Shown in pieces: positions 7,625 through 17,436 of a DNA stretch of 64,000 bases (its first letter is position 1; the number at the start of each line of letters is the position of its first letter). The stretch is from contig CAZSKK010000001.1 in the NCBI GenBank assembly GCA_964607415.1, forward strand, positions 333,469-397,468, in the 5' to 3' direction. The notes under the pieces were generated by a model. The model was given only the letters and a program-made list of their open reading frames with translations, was not told the DNA's origin and ran no database searches. Both the position numbers and the translations under genes were made by a program. Source of the DNA: an uncultured Candidatus Saccharibacteria bacterium. GTDB lineage: Bacteria; Patescibacteriota; Dojkabacteria; J137.

Positions 7625-9997
7625 CTATTCCCACTGCCAATTTTTTATTTCCGGCATGTCATCACCGTTTTCAATAATATAATTTCTATGATCCCTAAGT
7701 TTATTTTGCATCATGTAAATGATGTCGTTTTTAATTTCGGCAATCTTTGTATTTTGTTTACTAGCAGCTTCTACAGCCTCGATTACTACATGAAACCTTG
7801 ATGTACCGTTCAAAACTTGCATATCAAATGGCGTTGTTGTTGTACCTTCTTCAATATAGCCTATAACTTTCATTCTGTTTGCGATAGGGTGTCCCCAAGT
7901 TAAAAGTTTTATGGCTTCAGGATAGCCATGGAAATTAAATACAATAGGTTTGTCATTCGTAAAGAAAAAGCCCATATCAGTTTCAGAAATTGAAGTGTAC
8001 TTTTTGTCACCAAGCCCTATTCTGGATAATTCATTGACATTAACATATCTAACCTTTAGTTCCGGAACATATTTTTTTATCAATGTTATTGCGGCCAGTG
8101 TTTCTGTAGTTTGATAATCTCCACTCGAAGCCAAAACTACATCGGGATTGTCCACGTCTGTAGATGCCCAATCCCACACAGAAATTCCTCGTTTAACATG
8201 CTCTTTAGCTTCATCAATATTAAGCCACTGTGGCATTTCTCGTTTATCTGAAATTATTAAATTGACGGAGTTTTTAGATTTCAAACTCTCCTCCATTACA
8301 TACAAAAGCGTATTTGTATCCGAAGGAAAGTAAATGTTAACTGAATCCGAATACTTTGATAAAAGGGTATTTATTAACGCTGGGTTCTGATGTGTGAACC
8401 CATTATGTTCCTGTCTCCAAATGGTGCTTGTTGCAATATAATTCATTGACGGTAAGGGTTTTCGCCATGAAAACTTACTGGACTGCTTTATATATTTAAT
8501 ATATTGCTCTATTTGACTTGTTATTATGCTTAAAAATGCCTCATACGAAACCAAAACTCCATGTCTACCAGTCAAACTGTAACCTTGCATCCAGGATTGT
8601 AAGGTATGTTCACTAAGAATCTCCAAAATTAAACCTTTCTCGTTGATATGAGTATCAATTGATCTAACAGGCCAAATATATTTTCTAGATGTTACTTTAA
8701 ACAAAGCTTCTAGTTTATTTGATTCTGATTCGTCTGGCGAGAAAATTCTAAAATTTTTGCTTTCTTTATTTAAACTTATCAGATCTGAAAAATATTCACT
8801 TATTTCGGCCATCTCTGAAGATTTGTTTTTACCTCTTTGAGTCTCATCAAATTGTATTCCATGTTTTTTTAAATCTGGAAGAATCAAAGCTTTGCTAATT
8901 TCACCACCAAAAGCATGTTTATTCTTGCCCATTTTTCGCTCATCCTTTACAACTAGATGAAGTACTTCGTTTTTAGGAACTTTAGTGACAGGTTCCAAAA
9001 GTTCATCTATTCTATAACTTCTTAGCCATCTTTCTAAGGCCTTTAATTGTTGTGCATCGTTTTTAGGGTCTTTAATTGGAATTCCATGAGAATAATTAAA
9101 ATCTTCCAGCCTAAGCAAGCTTACTTCTTCAGGACACGTCCAACCTTTTTTGGTTTTTAGAATAATCACAGGCCACTTTGGTTTGTCAATTCCATAACTT
9201 GACCATTTAGATTTGATATCCTGAATTGAATGGAAAGATTTTATTAAAGCTTGTAAAAAATCAATGTAAATATCTATGGATGTATATTGATCTACCCATA
9301 AAGGTTCATAGCCTAAACCTTTAAAATAGTTTTCAAGTTCTTCATGAGACATTGTTCCCATTAAAGTAGGGCCCGAAATTCTGTAACTATTAAGATGAAG
9401 GATTGGCAAAACTGCTCCATCTGTTTGAGGATTTAAAAATTTGTTAAATTGCCAACTTGCTGCTAACGGGCCGGTTTCTGCTTCGCCATCACCTACCACA
9501 CAAGTAACAATCAAATCAGGATTATCTAAAGCAGCTCCAAATGCCAAACCTAAAGAGTAACCCAGTTCACCACCTTCGTGAATTGTGCCTGGAAGTCCTG
9601 GATAAGTATGACTTGGAAATCCATTTGGCCAGCTAAATTCTTTTATCAAATTTTCCATTCCTTCTTTAGAAAGTGTAAATCTAGGATAATATTCACCTAG
9701 AGTTTCTTCTAAAAGCAAGCTTGCAAGTACTGCAGGAGCCCCATGACCTGGTCCAATTATCGGCAAAATGTTAGCATTGTATCTGCTTATAAGATAATTT
9801 AGCCCGCCGTAAACAAAATTTAATCCTGGAACTGTACCCCAATGTCCAAGAATTCTATCTTTTATGTGTTCGGGCTTCAGTTCATCTTCTAGAAAATAAT
9901 TATCTTTTAGATACAACATCGCAGAGCTTAAATAGTTTGTAAGCCTGTGATATTGTTTAAACCATTTAATTGTGTATTGAATATCAGAATCCAGCAT
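7625..9997 (-). CDS. xfp: Phosphoketolase (xylulose-5-P/fructose-6-P)
   Basis: GHWGTVPG, GPGHG, HEGGELGY, GDGEAETG TPP motif, QEHNGFTHQ and EEGTTTTPFDM. Confidence 0.95.
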   Translation of the reverse strand: MLDSDIQYTIKWFKQYHRLTNYLSSAMLYLKDNYFLEDELKPEHIKDRILGHWGTVPGLNFVYGGLNYLISRYNANILPIIGPGHGAPAVLASLLLEETLGEYYPRFTLSKEGMENLIKEFSWPNGFPSHTYPGLPGTIHEGGELGYSLGLAFGAALDNPDLIVTCVVGDGEAETGPLAASWQFNKFLNPQTDGAVLPILHLNSYRISGPTLMGTMSHEELENYFKGLGYEPLWVDQYTSIDIYIDFLQALIKSFHSIQDIKSKWSSYGIDKPKWPVIILKTKKGWTCPEEVSLLRLEDFNYSHGIPIKDPKNDAQQLKALERWLRSYRIDELLEPVTKVPKNEVLHLVVKDERKMGKNKHAFGGEISKALILPDLKKHGIQFDETQRGKNKSSEMAEISEYFSDLISLNKESKNFRIFSPDESESNKLEALFKVTSRKYIWPVRSIDTHINEKGLILEILSEHTLQSWMQGYSLTGRHGVLVSYEAFLSIITSQIEQYIKYIKQSSKFSWRKPLPSMNYIATSTIWRQEHNGFTHQNPALINTLLSKYSDSVNIYFPSDTNTLLYVMEESLKSKNSVNLIISDKREMPQWLNIDEAKEHVKRGISVWDWASTDVDNPDVVLASSGDYQTTETLAAITLIKKYVPELKVRYVNVNELSRIGLGDKKYTSISETDMGFFFTNDKPIVFNFHGYPEAIKLLTWGHPIANRMKVIGYIEEGTTTTPFDMQVLNGTSRFHVVIEAVEAASKQNTKIAEIKNDIIYMMQNKLRDHRNYIIENGDDMPEIKNWQWE

Positions 9998-10055
9998 ATG
10001 CGAGTACTACACTCTAAAATAACATTATACACGCTTTAAATTAAGCTAGTTACTT

Positions 10056-11102
10056 TCACTTTACCACTTCTACCCATTTCTTCCAAACCAATTTTGGTGT
10101 TCCTTCATGATTTTTTAAGCCAATGGAATCAAACAACTCAAAACCTGTTGAAGCCGTACCATCAGACCACTGCACAACGTCGTTAACAAATATCCAATTT
10201 ATATATTCGAATTGATCAGGGGCCGATTTAAAGGTTAAAAGCCAATCTAAATATTGTACTTGCTCCTCTTCAGATCCAACAAAGCCTTGATTATTTAGAC
10301 TCTCAAGTTTTCCTCCGAATCTTGTTTTTGCAGGCCATCCTGTCTCTGTTATTGCAATTTTTGCCTCAGAATAATTTTTTAGCAGGTCAAAATAATCCGA
10401 CGGAATTTGATCGGGATTCTGATAATCAAAGTATGGATATGTTGTAATACCTATCAGATCTAATTTTTTAAATTTTGAAATTAATACAAATAAATCCGAT
10501 CTTTCATCTTTTTTACCCAAAAGGTATCCATCGCCTTTTAAATGTTCGTACTGAAAAACTGTATAAATTTTCACATCTGGAAAGCTTTCCTTTATTTCAG
10601 AATAAGCGTCGTTGTACAGATTAACAAAGCTATCAAATTGATTTGAATATTTCACATAAAGCATATCAACCTCATTGCCAATTGCAAAGTATTTAATGTT
10701 TTTATTTTGTGAAAGAAGTTGTTTAGATTTTGCTATGTACTGTTCTTTTGAATTTACCCATTCTGCTGGGTCCTGAATACCTAATACAAGTTCAATATCT
10801 TTATTAGTTTGCCTGCTTGCTGTGTCCAAAACTTTAGTATCCTTCCAATCAACATGAACCCCATAAACTTGAGTATAGCTTTTAATATCAGCCCAAAAAT
10901 TCTGAATTTCTGTCACATTTGAGTTTGGAAAGTTGGAAGGGGTATAGCCTGAAATTCCATATAATGGTTTTTCTTTTAATTCTTCAGCTGAATTTTCAAT
11001 TTTATTATTTTCTCGATTCGCTATAGCTAAAAGGAGTACAGAAAAAACTATCAGACAAGCAATAAGCAAAAGAAAGGCTATTAGAAATTTTTTTAATTTC
11101 AT
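10056..11102 (-). CDS. Membrane-anchored/secreted glycoside hydrolase-like protein (clan GH-A TIM barrel)
   Basis: N-terminal TM; AIGNEV acid/base and ITETGWP nucleophile-like motifs. Confidence 0.65.
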   Translation of the reverse strand: MKLKKFLIAFLLLIACLIVFSVLLLAIANRENNKIENSAEELKEKPLYGISGYTPSNFPNSNVTEIQNFWADIKSYTQVYGVHVDWKDTKVLDTASRQTNKDIELVLGIQDPAEWVNSKEQYIAKSKQLLSQNKNIKYFAIGNEVDMLYVKYSNQFDSFVNLYNDAYSEIKESFPDVKIYTVFQYEHLKGDGYLLGKKDERSDLFVLISKFKKLDLIGITTYPYFDYQNPDQIPSDYFDLLKNYSEAKIAITETGWPAKTRFGGKLESLNNQGFVGSEEEQVQYLDWLLTFKSAPDQFEYINWIFVNDVVQWSDGTASTGFELFDSIGLKNHEGTPKLVWKKWVEVVK

Positions 11103-11123
11103 GCATTAATTTATAACTTTAAA

Positions 11124-12266
11124 TTAAACTGCATTTGCAACTGCTTTAGCTACCCTTTTGTCGAATGGATCTGGAATAATTAGATCTTCTGTAGGGTTTT
11201 CAACTAGTGAAGCAATTGCTTTGGCAGCATTTAACTTTGTATCAGTAGTTACTTTTTTTAGGTTTTTATCCAGTAATCCTCTGAAAATTCCAGGAAAGCC
11301 TAGCACGTTATTTACCTGATTTGGATAATCGGACCTCCCTGTAGCAACAATTCTTGCACCTGCCTGCATAGCATCTTCCGGTAAAATTTCAGGATCCGGA
11401 TTTGCCATTGCAAAGATCACGGAATCTTTATTCATCTTTCTTACCATATCTTTGGTTAAGGCTCCTGCAACACTTAAACCTATAAAGATTTGAGCCTCTT
11501 TTATAGCATCTTCTAAAGTACCCGTAAGATTTTGTTTATTAGTAAAATTTAAAAGTAATTTTTTATATTTATTTAAATCGTTTCTATTCTTAGAAATAAT
11601 TCCAGTAGAATCACAAACTATCATGTTTGAAAATCCATAATCTCTTAGCAAGCTTGCTACAGCAGTTGCAGCAGCACCTGCGCCATTTATTACAACTCTG
11701 GAATTTTTCAAATCCTTACCTAGCACCTTAGCCGAATTAATAATTCCAGCTAAAACTACAATTGCAGTCCCATGCTGATCATCGTGAAAAACAGGAATAT
11801 CAAGAATTTCTTGTAATCTTTCTTCAATTTCAAAACACCTTGGTGCCGATATGTCTTCTAGATTTATTCCAGAAATAGACGGTGCTATATTGGTAATTGT
11901 GTTTATAATTTCTTCAGTATCTTGCGTTGCCAGCACAATAGGAATTGCATCAACACCACCAAATTCTTTTAATAAAAGGCATTTACCTTCCATAACAGGA
12001 AGCGCTGCTTCTGGACCAATATTTCCTAATCCTAGAACTGCTGATCCATCAGAAATTACTGCTACAAGATTTTTTCTCCAGGTTAGTTCTTTAACCCTTG
12101 ACTTATCAGCCTTAATTTCTAAACATGGTCCTGCAACTCCGGGACTATACGCCAATGATAATTCAATTTTATTGGTTACTTTAATTTTAGGTACAATCTG
12201 TAATTTTCCCCCATTATCCTTGTGCATTTTAATTGATTCGCTTTTATAATCCATATTTAGATGCAA
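11124..12266 (-). CDS. NAD(P)-dependent malic enzyme
   Basis: AYSPGV, DGSAVLGLG, VMEGK, NLEDI, HDDQHGT, GAGAA and TGRSDYPNQVNN. The start may be a few codons downstream. Confidence 0.93.
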   Translation of the reverse strand: MHLNMDYKSESIKMHKDNGGKLQIVPKIKVTNKIELSLAYSPGVAGPCLEIKADKSRVKELTWRKNLVAVISDGSAVLGLGNIGPEAALPVMEGKCLLLKEFGGVDAIPIVLATQDTEEIINTITNIAPSISGINLEDISAPRCFEIEERLQEILDIPVFHDDQHGTAIVVLAGIINSAKVLGKDLKNSRVVINGAGAAATAVASLLRDYGFSNMIVCDSTGIISKNRNDLNKYKKLLLNFTNKQNLTGTLEDAIKEAQIFIGLSVAGALTKDMVRKMNKDSVIFAMANPDPEILPEDAMQAGARIVATGRSDYPNQVNNVLGFPGIFRGLLDKNLKKVTTDTKLNAAKAIASLVENPTEDLIIPDPFDKRVAKAVANAV

Positions 12267-12302
12267 ACTTAAAAAGTAGTCTTATTTATTGAATAAGATT
12301 AT

Positions 12303-12627
12303 ATGAAATATAGCATGGAATCAATAGTTGCCATTTTTTGTATTGAGGACAGAACACTAGAATTCAGTAAGAATATCACTAGCTTAATAAAGAAGTACAA
12401 TAAAGATCTTTTAAATTTAAAAATTAATGGCCTGCTAATTACTGTGAAGCCCCGAAACGCTAACTAAAAAAGAGATTAAATACAAAATAAAGCTTTGCAT
12501 GAAGGAAAGTAAAGAAACGTTTATTTGCAAGTATTCTACTAATCCGGAAGATTATCGACTACCAAAACTAAGCTACCCAGCTGCTAAAGATTTTTTTGCA
12601 TCAATTAGCTTGAAAGTTGATACATGA
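12303..12627 (+). pseudogene. Degraded four-helix-bundle (23S rRNA IVP-like) gene
   Basis: Fragments in shifting frames: IEDRTLEFSKNITSLIKK, ANYCEA, ETLTKKEIKYKIKLCMKESKET, QLLKIF/ASISLKVDT-stop. They follow the family pattern LEERTxxF...GANYxEA...SKKDFxxKxxIxxKExxET, with frameshifts and the QLxRSxxSxG segment missing. Confidence 0.65.
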
Positions 12628-12672
12628 AGTTGTAATTAATTTTGAACCTGTTCTCTGTGTTATTTGGTATTT

Positions 12673-13701
12673 TCATACCCTAAGCTTTATCTCATTCAGA
12701 AACCTTTGCAACACCTCACTCACTTTCTCATCTGTATTTCCTCCCCCCGCATTTCTGTGCCCTCCTACCTTTACACCTATTGCTTTATAAATTTCCATAA
12801 TTTCTATTTTGCTCCCATTTTTAGTTCTCCAGCCAACTTTTGTTCCTCCATTTTTTTCATGCCATAAATCTATTGCGTAAGGAAAACCTTCAATTGTTCG
12901 CATAAATACTTGTTGATAATATTTATGTAAACCTCTTTCTTGCCAACCATTTCCAAACTGCTCAGCAAGAAACTTATCATCTTCTTCATCGATAACCAGA
13001 ACAGTTAATCCAAATTCAGGATAATATTTTGTTTTATTTATAGCCCAAACAGTAAAATCCATTGTTTCCTTGGATACTGTATATTCAACCGCTTTATCAT
13101 GGTCAACTCCTGCTGAATAAAGATCCGCTGCAAAAGTATAAGTTCCGGGATTTTTAATTGCATACATAAACCTTCCCGTATCGCCCATCAATGCCCAGTA
13201 AAGCCAAGTTGCAACATCACTATCCAATGCTGCTCCTGATGACTTAATGAACCATTCATAAAGAACTTTTGCTGTGCAACTATCATCTACTCTTAATGAA
13301 AAGTCCAAAAGATCTTTGGAAACATCACCTTCAGTATGGTGATCAATGTTTACAAACTTTTCTTTTGAAATATTTTGTACAAAGTCTTGCCAATTATCAC
13401 CTAGAAATTGTTTCCAATCTGATCCATCAAGTAATACTATACAATCAAAATCGTTAAAATCAACTTTATCAGGATACAAAAACTCTACCTTTTCAACATC
13501 TGGGAATTTATCTGCAAGTTCATTTCTCCAGTTAAAAGTTACAACTCTTGTATTCAATTTGCCAAGTTTATTAAGCCACCATTGTGTTGCTAAGGCTGTA
13601 CCCAAACAATCAAAATCTACAGGTCTTGACGCAACTATCAAAAAAGAATTTGACTCTTTTATTTTTTTTTGAATACTATCAGCTGCTTTGGTTGGATTCA
13701 T
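12673..13701 (-). CDS. DHH/DHHA1 family phosphoesterase (NrnA-like)
   Basis: VDFDCLG, LLDG, NIDHH, GDTGRF and GGHRNAGGG. Confidence 0.88.
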   Translation of the reverse strand: MNPTKAADSIQKKIKESNSFLIVASRPVDFDCLGTALATQWWLNKLGKLNTRVVTFNWRNELADKFPDVEKVEFLYPDKVDFNDFDCIVLLDGSDWKQFLGDNWQDFVQNISKEKFVNIDHHTEGDVSKDLLDFSLRVDDSCTAKVLYEWFIKSSGAALDSDVATWLYWALMGDTGRFMYAIKNPGTYTFAADLYSAGVDHDKAVEYTVSKETMDFTVWAINKTKYYPEFGLTVLVIDEEDDKFLAEQFGNGWQERGLHKYYQQVFMRTIEGFPYAIDLWHEKNGGTKVGWRTKNGSKIEIMEIYKAIGVKVGGHRNAGGGNTDEKVSEVLQRFLNEIKLRV

Positions 13702-13814
13702 TAATCTAAGGCTAGTAGGAATTTCAATAAAATATTTGTGGGTAGTAATATAGTAGTTACATATTGCAATACAATTGTATAAACTAATTTACAATGTATT
13801 ACTTCCTAATAATT

Positions 13815-14360
13815 CTATTTGACTTCTAAATCAATCGTTCTTTCAACCGTATTTGTATCAACAAAATATTGGGCTTTGACCTTATACGTACCTTTTTCTA
13901 AATTAACAATTAAATTGCTAGGATTAGATTTTGATACATCATATTCAATAAAAGTATCAACCGATCCTTTTGTTAGTGTCCAATAAATATCGAATTCTAA
14001 ACTTTCATCTCCTCCATAAGCTACTCCGTCGACAAATGGAATTGCTTTTAAATTAAAAGTGGTGATACCGCTTTGAATATATTCAATATCAACTCTATAC
14101 TCTTTATCTGCGCTTACTGTTACTTCACCTGTTGGTTTTCTGCTTGCGTAAAGGCCAATTCCAACTCCACCAATCATTATTGTTAATAAAGCGAAAACAG
14201 CCAACGGCTTTCCCAAGAACCCATATTTGGGCTGAGATAATCTTTGGATTTTTCTATTTTGCATAACTATAATTGCCGAAAATACAGCTATTACAAGAAC
14301 AGCCAATGTAAATATTGCGACATAAATTCCTAAATTTTCTGATATTGTCTTAGAGTCCAT
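13815..14360 (-). CDS. Hypothetical membrane protein (two TM helices plus Ig-like C-terminus)
   Basis: Two hydrophobic segments followed by a beta-rich tail (LEKGTYKVKA). Confidence 0.6.
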   Translation of the reverse strand: MDSKTISENLGIYVAIFTLAVLVIAVFSAIIVMQNRKIQRLSQPKYGFLGKPLAVFALLTIMIGGVGIGLYASRKPTGEVTVSADKEYRVDIEYIQSGITTFNLKAIPFVDGVAYGGDESLEFDIYWTLTKGSVDTFIEYDVSKSNPSNLIVNLEKGTYKVKAQYFVDTNTVERTIDLEVK

Positions 14361-14420
14361 AAATATTTTTAATGTTTCTTTCAGATTGTACTACAAATTG
14401 TCAAAAAATTTCGGATTTTT

Positions 14421-15071
14421 TTACTTTAAAATTTGTAGCGAACCTATTAGATCAATAAACAACTTTGATTGGTTTCTGTTTTCTTGTTGATTAAACGATA
14501 AAATTCCCGAAGAAAGGCAAACATTATCTTCACTACAAATATGTATTTGTCGGTAAAAATCGTCTGGGCTTTCAATTGAAGCATCATTAATATTAACAGT
14601 GTTGTATTGTTCTAAAACTAAATTATAATCACCTTCTAAAAATTGTGTTTTTTTAGTTATAACTTCGCCTATAAACCCGCCCTTATATAAATATGCTCCT
14701 CCAATACTTAAAATGAATTCCACCTCTGAATTAGAAATATAATAAACTATACAAGATGAAGCTTGTGTGGAAGATTCACATTCAAAGAATTTGTCACTAA
14801 GAGTTTTCTGTGCTTTTGTAATTAGCCATGGATCAGTAATACTTATCTTTTTAGCTCCAAGTACTACACTTTTAGGATCTTCAAAAAAAATAACTTCTTT
14901 ATCTTCTACTGGCAAATCAAAAAAGTCATCATCATTTGTTTCATCACTTGAATTTTCATTATTATCCAAAATACCTGTAGCCAAAAATATTGTCATTAGG
15001 CCAATGGCTAGAAAAACGATTACAGTTAAAGCTAACCTACCGTAATCTTTTTTTTCAACTTTCTTTATCAT
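14421..15071 (-). CDS. Hypothetical membrane-anchored protein
   Basis: 216-aa ORF with a single N-terminal TM and acidic linker. Confidence 0.6.
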   Translation of the reverse strand: MIKKVEKKDYGRLALTVIVFLAIGLMTIFLATGILDNNENSSDETNDDDFFDLPVEDKEVIFFEDPKSVVLGAKKISITDPWLITKAQKTLSDKFFECESSTQASSCIVYYISNSEVEFILSIGGAYLYKGGFIGEVITKKTQFLEGDYNLVLEQYNTVNINDASIESPDDFYRQIHICSEDNVCLSSGILSFNQQENRNQSKLFIDLIGSLQILK

Positions 15072-15130
15072 TTTTTGAAAAATTTAATTATGTTAATATA
15101 GTATAAGTAAATTAATTTTTGATGTAAACT

Positions 15131-15379
15131 ATGAATTTAAAAGTTGTAAGACAATTAGAAAAAAAGAAAGCCAAGTTGATGTTTATAGATTCTGAAGATA
15201 AAAAAAGAATTCAGAAACTGTGTGTAGAGCTTAACACTACTCCAATAGACGTAGTTTCTACGGCAACAAAACTACTAGAAAAATCATTAAATAAGAAAAT
15301 AATTTTAAGGGATGCGAAGACAAATACTGATTTAGAAATCGATATTTTTGAACATCTTAAAAAAAATTCCAATGAGTGA
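15131..15379 (+). CDS. Small protein, possibly ribbon-helix-helix DNA-binding
   Basis: KLMFIDSEDKKRIQKLCVELNTTPIDVVSTATKLL fits a strand-helix-helix pattern; overlaps the next gene. Confidence 0.45.
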   Translation: MNLKVVRQLEKKKAKLMFIDSEDKKRIQKLCVELNTTPIDVVSTATKLLEKSLNKKIILRDAKTNTDLEIDIFEHLKKNSNE

Positions 15380-15836
15380 TAAGCAAAAACAAGAAAAGAT
15401 AATTTTTATCGACCCAAATGATTTAATTGGATTTGTTCAAGAAGGTACGGAAGATGACATTGATATGGATAATGCATCAGATGATTCTTCTTCGGAAAAG
15501 GGGATTATAAATACAACTACACTCTCAGATGACGATGATAATTTTTTAACTGAGGACGAGCTTACTGAACTTTTTGAAAAAAAATATTCAAAAGAGATTG
15601 ATGAAATTAAAATTTTAAAAAAACGAGAAAACACAAGAGGTGTATTAGCTGTTTTGTATACAATGCTTACTTTCTTAATATTTGGAATAGGCATGCTTGT
15701 TGCTACACTAGACGGGTTAAATCGCGACGTAAGTATAATTGATAATATGCAAGAAATTCTTCCTCTTTTGTCTGGCATCTTCTTAGGTTCTCTGGGTTTT
15801 GTACTGGGATATTATTTTAGAAAAGGTGATGAGTAA
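15372..15836 (+). CDS. Acidic protein with two C-terminal TM helices
   Basis: ATG at 15372 overlaps the upstream stop; Asp/Glu-rich N-half, then two TMs ending GYYFRKGDE. Confidence 0.6.
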   Translation: MSDKQKQEKIIFIDPNDLIGFVQEGTEDDIDMDNASDDSSSEKGIINTTTLSDDDDNFLTEDELTELFEKKYSKEIDEIKILKKRENTRGVLAVLYTMLTFLIFGIGMLVATLDGLNRDVSIIDNMQEILPLLSGIFLGSLGFVLGYYFRKGDE

Positions 15837-15889
15837 CAACTTAACAATAAAGTTCAAGGCTCAGAAATCTCACGCATGTAGATTTAGCT

Positions 15890-16432
15890 ATGTTCGAAAT
15901 TAAAGAAGCAAATAGTGGTGATTTTGAACGTTTAAAACTTCTTATACTTGAGGCACTAAAAGAAGATCCCATCGCCTTTACTGTAACATTCGATGAGTAT
16001 AACCAAGGTAGTAATTCCTGGTGGCATTCTTTTTTAGATCCATACCTTTTACAAGATCATTCTAAATTATATATTGCAAAAAATAAAGATACAATTACTG
16101 GTATGATTGGAGTTCTTTTTTCAAGAAGAAGTAAACAAGAACATATTGCAACAATTGTTTGGTTTTATGTATCAAAAGAGTTCAGAGGAAATAAAGTTGG
16201 AAATGCATTATTTGAAAAATTACTAAATGATATAAGCGATATTAAGCGCATCAAAAAGATAACACTTAATGTAACAGCTACCCAGAAAGAGGCGCAAAAA
16301 ATTTATACAAAATATGGTTTTACTGTAGTTGGTGTTCTTAAAAATGACCTTCGCGAAAATGATACGTATCATGATATCGTTGTTATGGAAAAATATATAC
16401 GAAACCCTCACCCTAATGAGCAAAGCGAGTGA
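15890..16432 (+). CDS. GNAT family N-acetyltransferase
   Basis: YVSKEFRGNKVG acetyl-CoA motif and AQKIYTKYGF; the last residues (NPHPNEQSE) come from a repeat. Confidence 0.9.
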   Translation: MFEIKEANSGDFERLKLLILEALKEDPIAFTVTFDEYNQGSNSWWHSFLDPYLLQDHSKLYIAKNKDTITGMIGVLFSRRSKQEHIATIVWFYVSKEFRGNKVGNALFEKLLNDISDIKRIKKITLNVTATQKEAQKIYTKYGFTVVGVLKNDLRENDTYHDIVVMEKYIRNPHPNEQSE

Positions 16433-16470
16433 AGGGAGAGGGTGGCGAACGAACGTGAGCCGGGTGAGGG
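16405..16470. repeat. Palindromic REP-like element family A
   Basis: ccctcaccc...gggagagggtggcgaacgaacgtgagccgggtgaggg. Confidence 0.8.
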
Positions 16471-16495
16471 TGTTAGGCCAAACAACTTAGCTCCT

Positions 16496-17344
16496 ATGAA
16501 CAAAATATACTTACCAAACTACAATCTAAACACTACTTTGCTTGGTGGTCAATCATTTTCCTGGGAAGAAATTGATAAGTATTTTTACGGTTTTACACAA
16601 GATATGGTCATAAAATTAAAGCGTGAGAAAGACTTTTTATATTGGCAAACGTATCCTCAAAAAGATAATTTTGATTATTTAGCGACATATCTGCAAACTA
16701 ATTACGACTTTGAAACAAAAATAAAGCTGATTAATAAAGATAAACATATAAACTTAGCAATTGAGCAAAATAGAGGCTTAAGACTTTTAAAACAAGATTT
16801 TGAATTGACCACACTGTTTTTTATTTTATCTGCATTTAAAAATATTAAGGGGATACGGCATAGCGTAAAACTTTTATCAAAGCAACTTGGAGAAAAAGTC
16901 TTAGTTGATAATAAGGAATTTTATTTATTTCCTAAAACAGATACTATTGCAAATACTTCAGAACAAGAGCTTAAGAAATCGTCTATTGGCTACAGAGCCA
17001 AGTATTTAAAATTAACAAGTGAAATTCTTTTGAAAGAAAATATTTCTAGAAGTATTATTAATATGGATGAAACAGAGGCTAGAAAATTGCTGAAATCATT
17101 TCCAGGAATTGGAGATAAAGTTGCAGATTGTGTACTGACATTTGCTTTGGGATTTAGCACAACAACACCTTTAGATATCTGGGCAAAAAGAGTCTTAACT
17201 AACTTGTATGGACTTGATCCCAAAATGACTTACTTAGAGATGCGAGAATGGTTAAATAACTATTTTGAGGGCAACAGTGCACTTGCGGGTCAGTATTTGT
17301 TTGAGTATATTAGAAAACAAGGGAGATCAGTGTTGAAAAATTAA
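16496..17344 (+). CDS. 8-oxoguanine DNA glycosylase-like HhH-GPD protein
   Basis: TLLGGQSFSW, GLRLLKQD, IGYRAKYL and PGIGDKVADCV...PLD. Start moved to ATG 16496 because the track GTG start lies inside a repeat. Confidence 0.85.
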   Translation: MNKIYLPNYNLNTTLLGGQSFSWEEIDKYFYGFTQDMVIKLKREKDFLYWQTYPQKDNFDYLATYLQTNYDFETKIKLINKDKHINLAIEQNRGLRLLKQDFELTTLFFILSAFKNIKGIRHSVKLLSKQLGEKVLVDNKEFYLFPKTDTIANTSEQELKKSSIGYRAKYLKLTSEILLKENISRSIINMDETEARKLLKSFPGIGDKVADCVLTFALGFSTTTPLDIWAKRVLTNLYGLDPKMTYLEMREWLNNYFEGNSALAGQYLFEYIRKQGRSVLKN

Positions 17345-17436
17345 AAAGTTTAAATTTTTCAATTTTATAGCTTTAAAACTTTAAAAAAATCGTTAATCTA
17401 ATTTTTTGATTCTCTAATCTTTATTCGTTAATTTTC

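Noticed and set aside
16442-16495. N-terminal extension of the glycosylase in the ORF track (likewise mutS 36358-36399 and the permease 48624-48650)
   Set aside because: The extensions lie in repeat or spacer DNA; family-like sequence begins at the downstream ATG.
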